Shown here: piece after piece, positions 1 to 10,975 of the stretch
Layout: every line of letters begins with the position of its first letter
Position numbering within the stretch: position 1 is the first letter of the stretch
Origin: Desulfocapsaceae bacterium
GTDB taxonomy: Bacteria; Desulfobacterota; Desulfobulbia; Desulfobulbales; Desulfocapsaceae
Direction: 5' to 3'
Assembly (NCBI GenBank): GCA_963674815.2
Contig: CAXXTV010000009.1
Coordinates: 73,515-137,514 of the forward strand
Length of the DNA stretch: 64,000 bases
Program-made: the position numbers and the translations under genes
Notes under the pieces: generated by a model
What the model saw: only the letters and a program-made list of their open reading frames with translations
Told to the model about the DNA's origin: nothing
Databases searched by the model: none

Positions 1-2
1 TG

Positions 3-1340
3 AGAAGCCAGGTTCCCTCGTTTCGCCTCCCCGAGGAGGTGCTCAACTGTGAGATCGATTACATTCTCGACATGGGAATAACAACCCACCTCAACACCTA
101 TGTCTCCGGCCTCAGGGAAATCTTCACCAAGAAATACGATGCGGTCTTTGTCGGCTGCGGGGCTCCGCGAGGCCGCGACCTGCCGGATCTTCCGGGGAGA
201 GAAGAGGCTGCCAAGTCTATCCATATCGGCATCGAGTGGCTTGCCGGAGTTGTTTTCGGCCACGTGGAGAAGACAAAAAAACGGGTTCTTGTCCTCGGTG
301 GCGGCAACACGGCCATGGACTGCTGCAGAACCGCTCGCCGGCTTGGCGGTGAAAACGTTTCTGTCATTGTCAGGAGCCCCCAGTCTGAAATGAAGGCCTC
401 AGAATGGGAAATCGAAGACGCCATCAAGGAAGACATCCCCATTATCGACAATCACGTACCTCTCGAATTTGTGCACGAGAACGGCAAGCTGACCGGAATG
501 ATGTTTGAGAAAGTGATGCCCCGCTATGACGACGAGGGCGGCAGAAAGCTTGTCTCAACCGGTGAAGACCCGGTTTTTTTTGAATGTGATGAGGTTCTTC
601 TGGCAATCGGCCAGCAGAATGCCTTCCCCTGGATTGAGGATGATATCGGCATTGCGTTCAACGAGCGGGGTTTGCCGGAACTTGACCCGGTAACGCTGCA
701 ATCATCGCTCCCTGAGGTTTTTTTCGGCGGCGACGCGGCCTTCGGCCCGGGCAATATTATCATAGCCGTAGCCCATGGCCACGAGGCCGCGATCTCAATA
801 GATCTTTTCTGCCAGGGCAAGGACCTCCATCAGCGGCCGAAGCCGGATGTCAGCCTTGCCGGTCAGAAACTCGGGTTCCAGGACTGGATTTATGACTCCG
901 ATATAACCGAAGACCAGCGTCAGATCGTACCGACTGTCGAAAAAGCAAAATCATTAAAAGACCGGCTGATCGAGGTTGAACTCGGGTTCGCTGTGGAAAG
1001 CGGCAAAACCGAGGCAAAGCGCTGTCTCAACTGTGATGTCCAGACGGTTTTTGACGTGGCCCTGTGCATCGAATGCGACGCCTGCGTTGATATCTGCCCG
1101 ACCAGCTGCATTACCTTTACCGAAAACGGCGAGGAAGATGAGCTCAGGGAGCGACTGCTGGCTCCCGCACGCAACAAGGAACAGGCACTCTACATTTCCG
1201 AGGAACTGCCCTCGGGCAGGATCATGGCTAAGGACGAGAATGTCTGCCTGCACTGCGGCTTGTGCGCCGAACGCTGTCCGACCGCAGCCTGGGACATGCT
1301 TAAATTCCTCTACAAATCTGCGGTTGCCGGAGACAAATGA
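3..1340 (+). CDS. GltD-like FAD/NAD(P)-dependent oxidoreductase with C-terminal 2x[4Fe-4S] ferredoxin domain (5' end outside window)
   Basis: Frame 3 is open from the window edge (FRLPEEVLNCEIDYI precedes the tracked Met at 39). Dinucleotide-binding motif VLVLGGGNTAMDCCRTA. Two CxxCxxCxxxCP clusters (CIECDACVDICP, CLHCGLCAERCP). The stop overlaps the next start (ATGA at 1337-1340). Confidence 0.8.
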   Translation, partial: RSQVPSFRLPEEVLNCEIDYILDMGITTHLNTYVSGLREIFTKKYDAVFVGCGAPRGRDLPDLPGREEAAKSIHIGIEWLAGVVFGHVEKTKKRVLVLGGGNTAMDCCRTARRLGGENVSVIVRSPQSEMKASEWEIEDAIKEDIPIIDNHVPLEFVHENGKLTGMMFEKVMPRYDDEGGRKLVSTGEDPVFFECDEVLLAIGQQNAFPWIEDDIGIAFNERGLPELDPVTLQSSLPEVFFGGDAAFGPGNIIIAVAHGHEAAISIDLFCQGKDLHQRPKPDVSLAGQKLGFQDWIYDSDITEDQRQIVPTVEKAKSLKDRLIEVELGFAVESGKTEAKRCLNCDVQTVFDVALCIECDACVDICPTSCITFTENGEEDELRERLLAPARNKEQALYISEELPSGRIMAKDENVCLHCGLCAERCPTAAWDMLKFLYKSAVAGDK

Positions 1341-3193
1341 TGAGATTAAAACGCGTAAACGACTTTGTCGTCCGCTTTGCCAATGTTAACGGCTCAGGCT
1401 CCGCCAGTGCCAACAACCTCTTTGCCAAGGTAATTTACCGTCTTGGTGTGCCGGTCAGCCCGAAGAACATTTTCCCCTCCAATATCCAGGGGCTGCCAAC
1501 CTGGTACGAAGTGCGAATAAGTGAACGGGGGTATTTGGGAAGGCGCGGCGGGGTGGATTTTATCATCGCCGTCAATGGCCAGACAATGAAGCAGGACTAC
1601 GAAATGTTGATCCCCGGCGGCTATTTTCTCTACGACTCTACCAGGCCGCTGCCAGAAGATTACCGCCGAGACGACATCACCGTCATTGGCGTCCCCCTGA
1701 CCCAGCTCTGCAACGACGAATTCAGTGATCCCCGACTCCGACAGCTGCTGAAAAACATCATCTACATCGGTGCACTCGCCTCTCTGCTCGACATCGGCCT
1801 TGAGCCGGTCGTCGAATCGATTCAGAAACAATTCAGCAAGAAACCGAAACTGGCGGAACCCAATGTCAGGGCGCTGGAAATCGGCTTCAACTATGCACAG
1901 GAGCATCATCGCGACAGCTGCGATCTTTCAATCCGCCCCTCCGATGCGGTCGGTGAGCGTATCCTGATAGACGGCAACACCGCGACCGGCATGGGCGCAC
2001 TCTATGCAGGCGCCACCGTCGCCGGCTGGTACCCGATCACCCCTTCAACCTCGGTGGTTGAGGCCTTTGAACGATATGCCGGGCGCTACCGGATTGAGCC
2101 TGAAACAGGAAAAAAACACTATGCGGTGATCCAGGCGGAAGACGAACTTGCGGCAATCGGAATCGCCATCGGCGGCGGCTGGAATGGTGCCCGCTCATTT
2201 ACCGCCACGTCCGGTCCCGGCGTGTCGCTGATGAATGAATTCCTCGGGCTTGCCTACTTCGCTGAAATTCCCGTGGTGCTGATCGATGTTCAGCGCAGCG
2301 GCCCAAGTACAGGCATGCCCACCAGGACGCAGCAGTCAGATATTTTATCCTGCGCCTATCTCTCCCACGGTGATACCAGAAACGTGCTGTTGATACCGAG
2401 TGACCCGTACGAGTGTTTCCAGATGACCGCAGATGCCTTTGACCTAGCAGACCGCCTGCAGACCCCGATAATCGTGCTCAGTGATCTTGACATCGGCATG
2501 AACGATCACCTCTGCAAACCGTTTGACTGGGACGACAGCCGGATCTATGACCGGGGCAAGGTCCTGAACTCAGCTGATCTCGACAAGATCAGCGCCAAGT
2601 GGGGCCGCTACCTGGACATCGACAGGGACGGTATCTGTTACCGGACCCTGCCCGGCACCCACCCGGAAAAAGGAGCCTACGTGACCCGCGGCACCTCCCA
2701 TAACGAATATGCCGCCTACACCGAAGAAAGCGCCGCCTACGAGCGCGGCATGAAACGGCTGCTGGTTAAATGGGAAACGGCCCGTCATCTCGTGCCTGCC
2801 CCGGAAATAATCATCAAGGACAAAACGGCTTCCATAGGGGCCCTGTTTTTTGGCTCGTCAACGTATGCGGCCCATGAAGCACTTGAGCGGCTCGAGGAGA
2901 ACGGCCTGGTCATCAACAGCATGAGAATCCGGTCATTTCCGTTCCAGCAGGAAGTCTTCGAGTTCATCGATCAGCATGAAATCGTTTTTGCCATCGAGCA
3001 GAACCGTGATTCCCAGATGAGGATACTGCTTGCCGGGGAATGCCAGGTCTCGCCGGGTAAACTGGTTGCGGTGACCAATTTTAACGGGCTGCCGATCACG
3101 GCAACGATGATCATCAACCAGATCCACACGAAGCTGCTTTCCAGAGGCAGCCAAAACCTTAAAATGGCGGTACAGGGGGAGATCATCGCATGA
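1337..3193 (+). CDS. korA: 2-oxoacid (2-oxoglutarate):ferredoxin oxidoreductase, fused gamma/alpha subunit
   Basis: 618 aa. N-terminal gamma-type domain (FANVNGSGSASANNLFAK) followed by an alpha-type pyruvate-flavodoxin OR core (GNTATGMGALYAGATVAGWYPITPST). Overlaps both neighbours. Confidence 0.85.
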   Translation: MMRLKRVNDFVVRFANVNGSGSASANNLFAKVIYRLGVPVSPKNIFPSNIQGLPTWYEVRISERGYLGRRGGVDFIIAVNGQTMKQDYEMLIPGGYFLYDSTRPLPEDYRRDDITVIGVPLTQLCNDEFSDPRLRQLLKNIIYIGALASLLDIGLEPVVESIQKQFSKKPKLAEPNVRALEIGFNYAQEHHRDSCDLSIRPSDAVGERILIDGNTATGMGALYAGATVAGWYPITPSTSVVEAFERYAGRYRIEPETGKKHYAVIQAEDELAAIGIAIGGGWNGARSFTATSGPGVSLMNEFLGLAYFAEIPVVLIDVQRSGPSTGMPTRTQQSDILSCAYLSHGDTRNVLLIPSDPYECFQMTADAFDLADRLQTPIIVLSDLDIGMNDHLCKPFDWDDSRIYDRGKVLNSADLDKISAKWGRYLDIDRDGICYRTLPGTHPEKGAYVTRGTSHNEYAAYTEESAAYERGMKRLLVKWETARHLVPAPEIIIKDKTASIGALFFGSSTYAAHEALERLEENGLVINSMRIRSFPFQQEVFEFIDQHEIVFAIEQNRDSQMRILLAGECQVSPGKLVAVTNFNGLPITATMIINQIHTKLLSRGSQNLKMAVQGEIIA

Positions 3194-4242
3194 GCGTCAA
3201 AAAGCCCGAATTCAGGCATCCGGATGCCCAGAAGAACAGGCTGGGCTATACCCGAAAAGACTACGAGGGAGCCATTTCTACCCTGTGCGCCGGCTGCGGC
3301 CATGACTCCATCAGCAGCGCCATCGTGACGGCATTCTTTGAAATGTCCATCGAGCCGCACCGGGTTGCCAAGCTCTCCGGCATCGGCTGTTCCTCCAAGA
3401 CCCCGGCATATTTTCTCGGCCGTTCACACGGCTTTAATTCCGTGCACGGGCGCATGCCGTCGGTGGCTACAGGGGCCAACATGGCCAACCGTGACCTCGT
3501 CTATCTCGGCGTCTCCGGCGACGGCGATACTGCCTCCATCGGTATGGGACAGTTTGCCCATGTGGTCAGGCGTAATCTCGATATGATATACGTGGTGATG
3601 AACAACGGCTGCTACGGCCTTACCAAGGGCCAGGACTCCGCCACTGCCGACAAAGGCTCCAAGAGCAAAAAAGGGGCGCCGGTCTCCCTTGAATCAATAG
3701 ATCTCTGCGAGATCGCCATCCAGCTCGGCGCAGGCTTTGTCGCCCGTGGTTTCTCCGGTGACAAGAAACAGCTTGTACCGATGCTCAAGGCTGCCATCGC
3801 GCACAAGGGGCTGGCCTTTGTGGATGTGATTTCGCCATGCGTGACCTTTAACAACGTTCCCACCTCGACAAAGAGTTACAGCTGGGTCCGCGATCACATG
3901 GAAGCCACCAGGTCTTTTGACTTCATTCCGCTCATGCAGGAAATTACCGCCGAGTATCCGCACGGTACCGCAATTCCGGTGGCGCTGCACGATGGCTCGA
4001 TCCTCAAACTCTACAAGCGGGAAGACAAGGAAATCATCACCAGCAGGCGTGAAGCGATTGCCGAGCTGGAAAAAACCAAGGAGAAGGAACAGATTCTCAC
4101 CGGCATCCTCTATCTTGATCCGGACAGCCAGGGCACCCACGAGATCCTGGGAACCACGGAAACGCCGCTTAACACGCTGGGAGAAAAAGAACTCTGCCCG
4201 GGCAATGAGATACTGCAGGCCTTCAACGAAAGTTTTCGCTGA
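3190..4242 (+). CDS. korB: 2-oxoacid:ferredoxin oxidoreductase beta subunit (TPP-binding)
   Basis: 350 aa. Cys motif CAGCGH. TPP-binding GDGD...NN signature (GVSGDGDTASIGMGQFAHVVRRNLDMIYVVMNNGCYGLTKGQ). Confidence 0.85.
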   Translation: MSVKKPEFRHPDAQKNRLGYTRKDYEGAISTLCAGCGHDSISSAIVTAFFEMSIEPHRVAKLSGIGCSSKTPAYFLGRSHGFNSVHGRMPSVATGANMANRDLVYLGVSGDGDTASIGMGQFAHVVRRNLDMIYVVMNNGCYGLTKGQDSATADKGSKSKKGAPVSLESIDLCEIAIQLGAGFVARGFSGDKKQLVPMLKAAIAHKGLAFVDVISPCVTFNNVPTSTKSYSWVRDHMEATRSFDFIPLMQEITAEYPHGTAIPVALHDGSILKLYKREDKEIITSRREAIAELEKTKEKEQILTGILYLDPDSQGTHEILGTTETPLNTLGEKELCPGNEILQAFNESFR

Positions 4243-4416
4243 CGGTTTTCGCTCCTGCCTCTACACCGTCTGTTTTGACGGGCCCCCTGCTGTTCGCACC
4301 TGTACCAAAAACATAATCGTGGAGAAAAACGGTGGAACGGGTTACTCTACACTCCAGTTGAGCCCACAGAGAAAATCGCACCACCGCGTTAACCCGAGAC
4401 CTCATTTGACCCGCTT

Positions 4417-6834
4417 GTGAACGTATTCCGGCTGTTCATCATCACACTGTTCAGTAGTGGACTGCTCCTTTTTTGCTCCCCTCCCGTAAAAGCTCTGTCC
4501 AACAACCCCGTCGAAACGACGCTGGCCTATTTCCGCCAGGTGCCGTGCCTGGAAGAAGAGCAGTATCACTATTACAAGGGCATAATCCGGGCACTTTCCT
4601 ACACCAGGATGAGAGCGTTCAGGGCTTTCTGCTCACTGCCGGAAATCAGCGCCGACGAGGCCATAGACTCGCTCCAGAAACTCGTTTTTTATCCGGTGCG
4701 CTTTGACCAGGTGGAAATCCTGGAAATGTTTTTTAAAACAGGGAATGCAACCTTTGACGGCGGCTGGACTGTCCTTGAAAAAACGGCTGGGATGAAATTC
4801 ACCGCCGGCCAGGCCGCAGCAGAACTGAAGGGCTCAGCCGAACTCGAGGCGGATCGTTTCCTTTCTATCATCGACACGCTGCGAACGCTTGACGACAGCG
4901 GCTGCTGGGCTGCCCGGGCCCTGTTCGGGGTTACGGGAATCAGCGGCCCGAGTGTAGTGCGCGGGCTGACGGTTATCAGTTCGATGAACGATCGACAGCA
5001 TCTGGCGGTTGAAAAAGCCTGCAGCCTGTTCAGCAAGGATCCGCAGCACATCCCGACACTGCTGGAGTCGCTGAAGTACCTCTCCGAAACCGAGGCAAAC
5101 ACGGTTGCAGCCCTGTTTTCCTCGGAACAGATTACTCCCCGGAACGGACTCGACTGGCTGCAAAACTATTTTGCCCTTCCGCCCGGCAATGGTGACCAGC
5201 ACTTTATCGAGCTTCCGGATACAAAAAAATCACAGCTCCTTGCCGCATTTTCAGACGGAGCAGATTACCTGATCTGGAAGCTCAACAACCTGCACAGTGT
5301 CACAGACGATTATGGAAGTGAAATCGGCACCGGCACACTGGTCAACAGCAGTCAGGAACGACTCCAGGAGCTGTTTGAAAAACTTCACCCGGCAGCCCGG
5401 CAGCACTATGAAACAAGATTCCAGGCGGCGCTGACACAAAAGCAGCGCTACGATGCGGCCGCCATCCTCAAGGATGCCACGGCCCGCGCGCGCAGGCTGA
5501 CGGCACAGGACCTCAGTTCTGCGACTGTCTACATCCTGCTGTCCCATGGCAGCGAACTCTACGATTCTTCTTTTCGTGATATCCTGGTGCCGGTCCTGCT
5601 CGAGCGAATCAACAGGATGCACCGCGGCAATCTGCTCGCTTTCCTGATGCAGACAGACCCCGAAAACGGCTACATCTCCGATTTCATCGTCAGCTGTGCG
5701 CAAAAAGGAAAACTGACCGCGTTTTTCCCGACAGATCCCGGCGAGCAGCGCGACATTCTTGACCTGGTGGCCAGCTCCGCCTTCCGTGACGAACAGAGCC
5801 TGATTTTATTTTCCGCCACATTCAGTGCGCTCCTTGAAAAAATTGAGCCGGAAGTGCGCACCTACCTGATTGAAAGGATCATTGCGGCTATCCGGCAGCA
5901 GGAATCAACCTTTGCCCTGCAGCTCCGGGTCATCCTTCAATATTACCGGATCGAACACCCGGATCTTCTCTCGGCGGGAGATCTTGAAAAAATAACAAAG
6001 GTCATCCGCCGCTATGGCGAAATTGACCTGTCACCATTTGTCTCCACCGATTTTTCCCGCTGGAAGGCGGACCGCCGTCTCGCCAGTCTGTCGGTATTTC
6101 AGCATGACGACGATGGCAATGTCTCCTATCGCTCAAACGGCCGAAACCTCCTGATGAACGGTTATCAACCCAGGCTTTCGCGTACGCTCTCACTGCTTCC
6201 CGAGGATGATGCCCGCCAGCTCAAGGCCCGGCAGCTGATCCGGCAGGCAAAACAAAACCCCGGCACCGTGATTGGCGAGCTCTTCGCCCTTTCAACCACG
6301 GCGCCGGTCGTTGTCGAATGGTACAAGACGGTCAACGACATTGAATTGTCCCATGCGGTTACGGTATACCAGAATGAGATCACCCAGCAGCAGCTGCTCA
6401 AACAGTTTCTTGAAGAGAAAATGGAAATGTTCGCCCAGCGCGGCCACAGTTACTGGAGGGCAGAGCAGCTCATTGAGCCGATGACAAAGATCATCGAGAG
6501 CGGGGCCGTGTCGAGAGACGCTATTTCGGCAATCAACCGCTTCCTGAGTATCGGCTCCTGCGGCGGATTGAAAATTTATACCCAGTTGAACAAATTATTC
6601 AACCATTCGGTCGACATCCTGGCGACGATCGGCACCGGCAAGGCAGTGGTTAATGACCCTTACAACCGAAAACTCTTTGAGATCATAGCCACAACCTCTG
6701 ATACTGTCGGCTGGAAGGAGATCAACCGCCAGTCGGCATCGATATTTGCCGAAGGCAGGGGTGCAGATTATCTGCAGCCCGGATCACTCCCGGCGATTCT
6801 CCATAAAATGATGGACACACGGAAACCCAACTGA
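4417..6834 (+). CDS. hypothetical secreted protein (805 aa)
   Basis: Long uninterrupted ORF with a GTG start. Hydrophobic N-terminal signal-like segment (FIITLFSSGLLLFCSPPVKALS). I recognise no family motif. The stop overlaps the holA start. Confidence 0.5.
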   Translation: MNVFRLFIITLFSSGLLLFCSPPVKALSNNPVETTLAYFRQVPCLEEEQYHYYKGIIRALSYTRMRAFRAFCSLPEISADEAIDSLQKLVFYPVRFDQVEILEMFFKTGNATFDGGWTVLEKTAGMKFTAGQAAAELKGSAELEADRFLSIIDTLRTLDDSGCWAARALFGVTGISGPSVVRGLTVISSMNDRQHLAVEKACSLFSKDPQHIPTLLESLKYLSETEANTVAALFSSEQITPRNGLDWLQNYFALPPGNGDQHFIELPDTKKSQLLAAFSDGADYLIWKLNNLHSVTDDYGSEIGTGTLVNSSQERLQELFEKLHPAARQHYETRFQAALTQKQRYDAAAILKDATARARRLTAQDLSSATVYILLSHGSELYDSSFRDILVPVLLERINRMHRGNLLAFLMQTDPENGYISDFIVSCAQKGKLTAFFPTDPGEQRDILDLVASSAFRDEQSLILFSATFSALLEKIEPEVRTYLIERIIAAIRQQESTFALQLRVILQYYRIEHPDLLSAGDLEKITKVIRRYGEIDLSPFVSTDFSRWKADRRLASLSVFQHDDDGNVSYRSNGRNLLMNGYQPRLSRTLSLLPEDDARQLKARQLIRQAKQNPGTVIGELFALSTTAPVVVEWYKTVNDIELSHAVTVYQNEITQQQLLKQFLEEKMEMFAQRGHSYWRAEQLIEPMTKIIESGAVSRDAISAINRFLSIGSCGGLKIYTQLNKLFNHSVDILATIGTGKAVVNDPYNRKLFEIIATTSDTVGWKEINRQSASIFAEGRGADYLQPGSLPAILHKMMDTRKPN

Positions 6835-8219
6835 TGCCAATCCGCAAACGCGCAGAGCTTCGCACGCTCCTCGGTGACATTGAGAAAGGCCGCCGCAAAC
6901 AGCTGTATCTCTGTTTCGGAGAACGCTATCTCTGCCGGCAGACAGCCGACCAGATCGAAGAGACGCTTCTCAAGGCTTCCACAGGTACGGTTCATACCAT
7001 TGACGGCAGCGCTGAAGAGAACAACAGGATTCTCTCACGCATCCTCAGTTTCAGCCTGCTGCCGGGCACTCAGATCTATCGGGTCAATGACACCAATCTC
7101 TTTCTCAGCAAAAATATCGGCTCCCAGATCTGGGACAAGGCAGTCCAGGCTCACCAGCAGAACGATCCCAGAAATGGCGCCCGCCATCTTCTTGACCTGC
7201 TCAACACTGCGTCAATCACCCCTGAGGGAGCACCTGTATTTTCGGGCATCTCCCGCGACCAGTGGCAGAAGCTCTTTGGTTTCGAGTATCCCGGCGACAA
7301 CCTTGGCTGGGCTGACGACCTGCTTGCCGACGCCGATTCGCAGCCTCCGTTGCCTCCAGGCACGGCTGCAGATCGTTTTTTTGCGGCAATCGAAGCCGGA
7401 CTGCCGGATCATAACATCCTGCTGCTCACCACGGAAAACATCGACAAACGCAAAAAGCTCTACGCCTCCATAAAAAAACATGGAGAAATCGTCGACTGCA
7501 GTGTCGCCCCCGGTTCATCACGCCATGCCGTCCGCGAGCAGAAAGACGTTGTCACGGAGATGGTCGCGACAACACTGGCGCAATACGGCAAGACCATTGA
7601 GCCGCGTGCGCTCGAGCTTCTTTTTGAGCGTGTCGGGTTTCATCCCGTGGCCGTGGTCATGGAGGTGGAGAAGCTCGCCCTTTATACCGACGAACGAAAA
7701 AAAATTTCACTCGGCGATATTGAACTGCTCGTTGCCAGGACCAGGGAAGATGCCATCTTTCAATTGACCGAAGCCCTGGGCAACAAGGACAGGGCGGCAA
7801 GCCTGTCCATCTTCAATAACCTGATCGGGGACGGCATACACAGCCTTGCCGTCCTTGCCTCAATCCGTAACTACTTCAGGAAACTGCTCATTTTTCGATC
7901 CCTGATGCTCGACTCAGACCCGCCATGGCTCAGAAACATGACTGCCAGCAGCTTCCAGAATCAATACCTCCCCGCCCTCAAGGAAAAAGAGGTGTGGACC
8001 GATCTTCTCGGAGGACACCCCTATGCGCTTTTCATGAGCTTCAGCAAAGCCTCCGAATTTTCAGTCTCTGTTTTGAAGAAATCACTCTGCCTCGTCCTCG
8101 AAGCAGAGTATCGCTTGAAAGGTTCTCCAATACCGCATACCATTGTACTGGAGACACTGCTGCTGTCACTGATTTCTCTGCTGAGCGGCCGGCAAAAGCA
8201 GCAGCAAATCTCGAATTAG
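6834..8219 (+). CDS. holA: DNA polymerase III delta subunit-like protein
   Basis: 461 aa. The N-terminus (LYLCFGERYLCRQTADQIEE) and the middle part (LELLFERVGFHPVAVVMEVEKLALYT) resemble HolA hallmarks. It is longer than the usual ~340 aa. Confidence 0.6.
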   Translation: MPIRKRAELRTLLGDIEKGRRKQLYLCFGERYLCRQTADQIEETLLKASTGTVHTIDGSAEENNRILSRILSFSLLPGTQIYRVNDTNLFLSKNIGSQIWDKAVQAHQQNDPRNGARHLLDLLNTASITPEGAPVFSGISRDQWQKLFGFEYPGDNLGWADDLLADADSQPPLPPGTAADRFFAAIEAGLPDHNILLLTTENIDKRKKLYASIKKHGEIVDCSVAPGSSRHAVREQKDVVTEMVATTLAQYGKTIEPRALELLFERVGFHPVAVVMEVEKLALYTDERKKISLGDIELLVARTREDAIFQLTEALGNKDRAASLSIFNNLIGDGIHSLAVLASIRNYFRKLLIFRSLMLDSDPPWLRNMTASSFQNQYLPALKEKEVWTDLLGGHPYALFMSFSKASEFSVSVLKKSLCLVLEAEYRLKGSPIPHTIVLETLLLSLISLLSGRQKQQQISN

Positions 8220-8323
8220 CGCATCGCAGGATTGAAAACAGACTGATGAAGATTATAATTTAGGCATTGAAGAAAGACAGGTCCTGAAGATTAACCATTT
8301 AAGTACAAAGATTTATAACAGGA

Positions 8324-8638
8324 ATGGCCGAAAAGAAAGGTGATCTGCAGGGATCGGTTATAACCGAAGAGGTGATAGAAACAAGAGAGCCTCCGTTATT
8401 CAAGGTTCTACTCCATAACGACGACTATACGACCATGGAGTTCGTTGTTTCGATACTGGTAAACATTTTTCAGAAATCCAGGCATGAGGCAACTGCAATC
8501 ATGTTGAATGTTCACAATGAGGGGATCGGTATTGCAGGGATTTTCACCAGAGAAGTTTGCGAGACCAAGATTGCCATCGTTCATGAACTTGCCAAGAAAA
8601 ATGGGTTCCCGTTGCGCTGCACGATGGAAAAAGAGTAA
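8324..8638 (+). CDS. clpS: ATP-dependent Clp protease adaptor ClpS
   Basis: 104 aa. PPLFKVLLHNDDYTTMEFVVSILVNIF...HNEGIGIAGIFTREVCETK is canonical ClpS. Lies directly upstream of clpA. Confidence 0.95.
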   Translation: MAEKKGDLQGSVITEEVIETREPPLFKVLLHNDDYTTMEFVVSILVNIFQKSRHEATAIMLNVHNEGIGIAGIFTREVCETKIAIVHELAKKNGFPLRCTMEKE

Positions 8639-8660
8639 CATAATCATATGAGTGAGACAC

Positions 8661-10931
8661 ATGCTGAGTAAAACATTAGAGGCGGCACTGATAAAGGCAA
8701 TCAGGGAAGCGAAAACCTACAATCACGAGTTTGTCACCGTCGAGCACATGCTCTACGGGCTGCTCCATGATGAACTGACCGCCTATATCATCAGCGAATG
8801 CGGTGGGTCTGTTGAGACGCTGAAGCACAAACTAGAAGCTTTCTTTGCTGCTGAAATCCCGACCATATCCAGCACGACAGGCGGTGATCCCACCCAGACC
8901 ATTGCTTTTAACCGGGTACTGCAGCGGGCGGTTGCCCACGTCCAGAGTTGCGGCAAAAAAGAGGTGGATTCCGGAGATGTGCTCGTTGCCATATTTTCCG
9001 AGGCGGAATCCCACGCGGTCTATTTTCTCAGCTCGATCGGCGTCGGCCGGATGGCGGTTGTTCATTTTGTTTCTCACGAACTGCCGGAAGGGCTGCAGCA
9101 GGCACCGCTGCCCAAAATGCCACCTCCCGGGGCAGACGGCCAGGAAGGTGCACCGCAAAAAGATGACAAGGCCCTGGCTGAATTCACCGTCAACTACTCA
9201 ACGCTTGCCGCCGAAGGCAAGATCGACCCGTTGATCGGCAGAAATGCAGAGATCAACCGCATGATGCAGGTACTCTGCCGCCGCAAAAAAAACAACCCGC
9301 TGCTTGTCGGCGAACCGGGGGTCGGCAAGACGGCTATGGCGGAGGGTCTTGCCCTGCGTATTCATGAAGACCGGGTGGCGCGTAATGAGGGTGCCAAGGG
9401 CGTGGTCCCCGAACTGCTGCAGGATGTCGAAATTTACCTGCTTGACATGGGTACGCTGGTGGCCGGCACCAAATATCGCGGCGACTTCGAGAAACGGCTG
9501 AAAAATGTTGTTGCAGCGATTGAGAAAAAAGACAATGCCATACTCTTTATCGATGAAATGCATACGCTCGTCGGGGCAGGTGCTACCAGCGGCGGTTCCA
9601 TGGATGCCTCCAACCTGCTCAAACCGGCCCTGCAATCGGGTATCCTGCGCTGCATCGGCTCGACGACCTACGAGGAGTACAAGAACCAGATAGAAAAAGA
9701 CCGGGCGCTCTCCAGGAGATTTCAGAAAATCGACATTGAAGAGCCGACGGTCGACGACACCTTTCACATCCTCAAAGGGCTGCAGACACGCTACGAGGAG
9801 CATCACCATATCCGTTACTCCAAGGCTGCCGTCCGCGCCACTGCTGAACTTGCCGACCGCTACATCAACGAGCGTTTTCTGCCGGACAAGGCCATTGATG
9901 TCATGGACGAAGTGGGCTCCCTGTTCAGGCTTGAGGGCAGGGAAAACGCAACGGTGAAGGTTGCCGATATCGAAAAAATCGTTTCCCGGATCGCGCGGAT
10001 ACCGGCACGCACGAGAAAGGCGTCGGAAAGAGATTCGCTGAAGAAGCTCAAGGAACGGCTGCAGACCGTCATCTTCGGGCAGGACAGAGCAATTGATGCG
10101 GTCGTCCAGGCGGTCAAGCGTTCATCCGCGGGCCTGGGCAATCCTGATTCGCCAACCGGCAGTTTCCTGTTTGCCGGCCCAACCGGCGTCGGCAAGACAG
10201 AAGTGGCCCGGCAGCTGGCCAAGGCCCTGTCCGTTCACTTTGAGCGATTCGACATGAGTGAGTACATGGAGAAGCATGCCGTTGCCAGGCTCATCGGGGC
10301 ACCCCCGGGATATGTAGGATTTGACCAGGGCGGGCTGCTGACGGAAGCCATCCGCAAGCACCCGTACTCGGTTCTGCTGCTTGATGAAATCGAAAAGGCT
10401 CACATGGATATTTACTCGATCCTGCTGCAGGTGATGGACCACTCCACACTCACCGACAACTCAGGCAGGAAGGCCGACTTCCGCAATGTCATCATCATCA
10501 TGACAACCAACGCGGGAGCCCGTGAAATGGCGGCCAATACCATCGGCTTTGTCGGCGACAAGAAAGGAAAGAGTGCGCAGGCGGTGGACAAATTATTTTC
10601 CCCCGAGTTCAGGAACCGGCTCGACGGCACCATTACTTTCGATTCACTTGATATCAACTCGATGAAATGCGTTGTCGACAAGCTGATCATCGAACTCGAA
10701 ACCCAACTCTCCGAGAAAAAAGTCGGTATCCGCCTGCAAAGCGGGGCCCGGGACTGGCTCGCCAAAAAAGGCTATGACCCCGACTACGGGGCCCGGCCGC
10801 TGCGACGCCTGATCATGAAGGAAATCGGCGATACCCTGTCGGAAGAGATTCTGTTCGGCCAACTGACAAGAGGCGGCATTGCCACCATTGACATGAAAGC
10901 GGACAAGCTGACCTTCACCTATGATCATTAA
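8661..10931 (+). CDS. clpA: ATP-dependent Clp protease ATP-binding subunit ClpA
   Basis: Two AAA+ modules with Walker [10 protein letters not shown] and GPTGVGKTE. The N-domain [10 protein letters not shown]...[14 protein letters not shown] aligns with ClpA N-termini. ATG at 8661 is preferred over the tracked GTG at 8652. Confidence 0.95.
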   Translation: MLSKTLEAALIKAIREAKTYNHEFVTVEHMLYGLLHDELTAYIISECGGSVETLKHKLEAFFAAEIPTISSTTGGDPTQTIAFNRVLQRAVAHVQSCGKKEVDSGDVLVAIFSEAESHAVYFLSSIGVGRMAVVHFVSHELPEGLQQAPLPKMPPPGADGQEGAPQKDDKALAEFTVNYSTLAAEGKIDPLIGRNAEINRMMQVLCRRKKNNPLLVGEPGVGKTAMAEGLALRIHEDRVARNEGAKGVVPELLQDVEIYLLDMGTLVAGTKYRGDFEKRLKNVVAAIEKKDNAILFIDEMHTLVGAGATSGGSMDASNLLKPALQSGILRCIGSTTYEEYKNQIEKDRALSRRFQKIDIEEPTVDDTFHILKGLQTRYEEHHHIRYSKAAVRATAELADRYINERFLPDKAIDVMDEVGSLFRLEGRENATVKVADIEKIVSRIARIPARTRKASERDSLKKLKERLQTVIFGQDRAIDAVVQAVKRSSAGLGNPDSPTGSFLFAGPTGVGKTEVARQLAKALSVHFERFDMSEYMEKHAVARLIGAPPGYVGFDQGGLLTEAIRKHPYSVLLLDEIEKAHMDIYSILLQVMDHSTLTDNSGRKADFRNVIIIMTTNAGAREMAANTIGFVGDKKGKSAQAVDKLFSPEFRNRLDGTITFDSLDINSMKCVVDKLIIELETQLSEKKVGIRLQSGARDWLAKKGYDPDYGARPLRRLIMKEIGDTLSEEILFGQLTRGGIATIDMKADKLTFTYDH

Positions 10932-10975
10932 CAACGGCTCACACGAGTTCCTGAAAGCTTTGAGAGAGGTGCTGC

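Noticed and set aside
9198-9809. Long antisense ORFs inside clear genes. Examples: 9198-9809 in clpA, 36298-36920 in the vWA gene, 55151-55750 in sfsA, 57034-57741 in pilM, 62542-63204 in the secretin gene.
   Set aside because: These are shadow ORFs typical of GC-rich coding DNA. They have low-complexity Arg/Gly/Pro-rich translations and no start context, and the opposite strand has unambiguous family matches.
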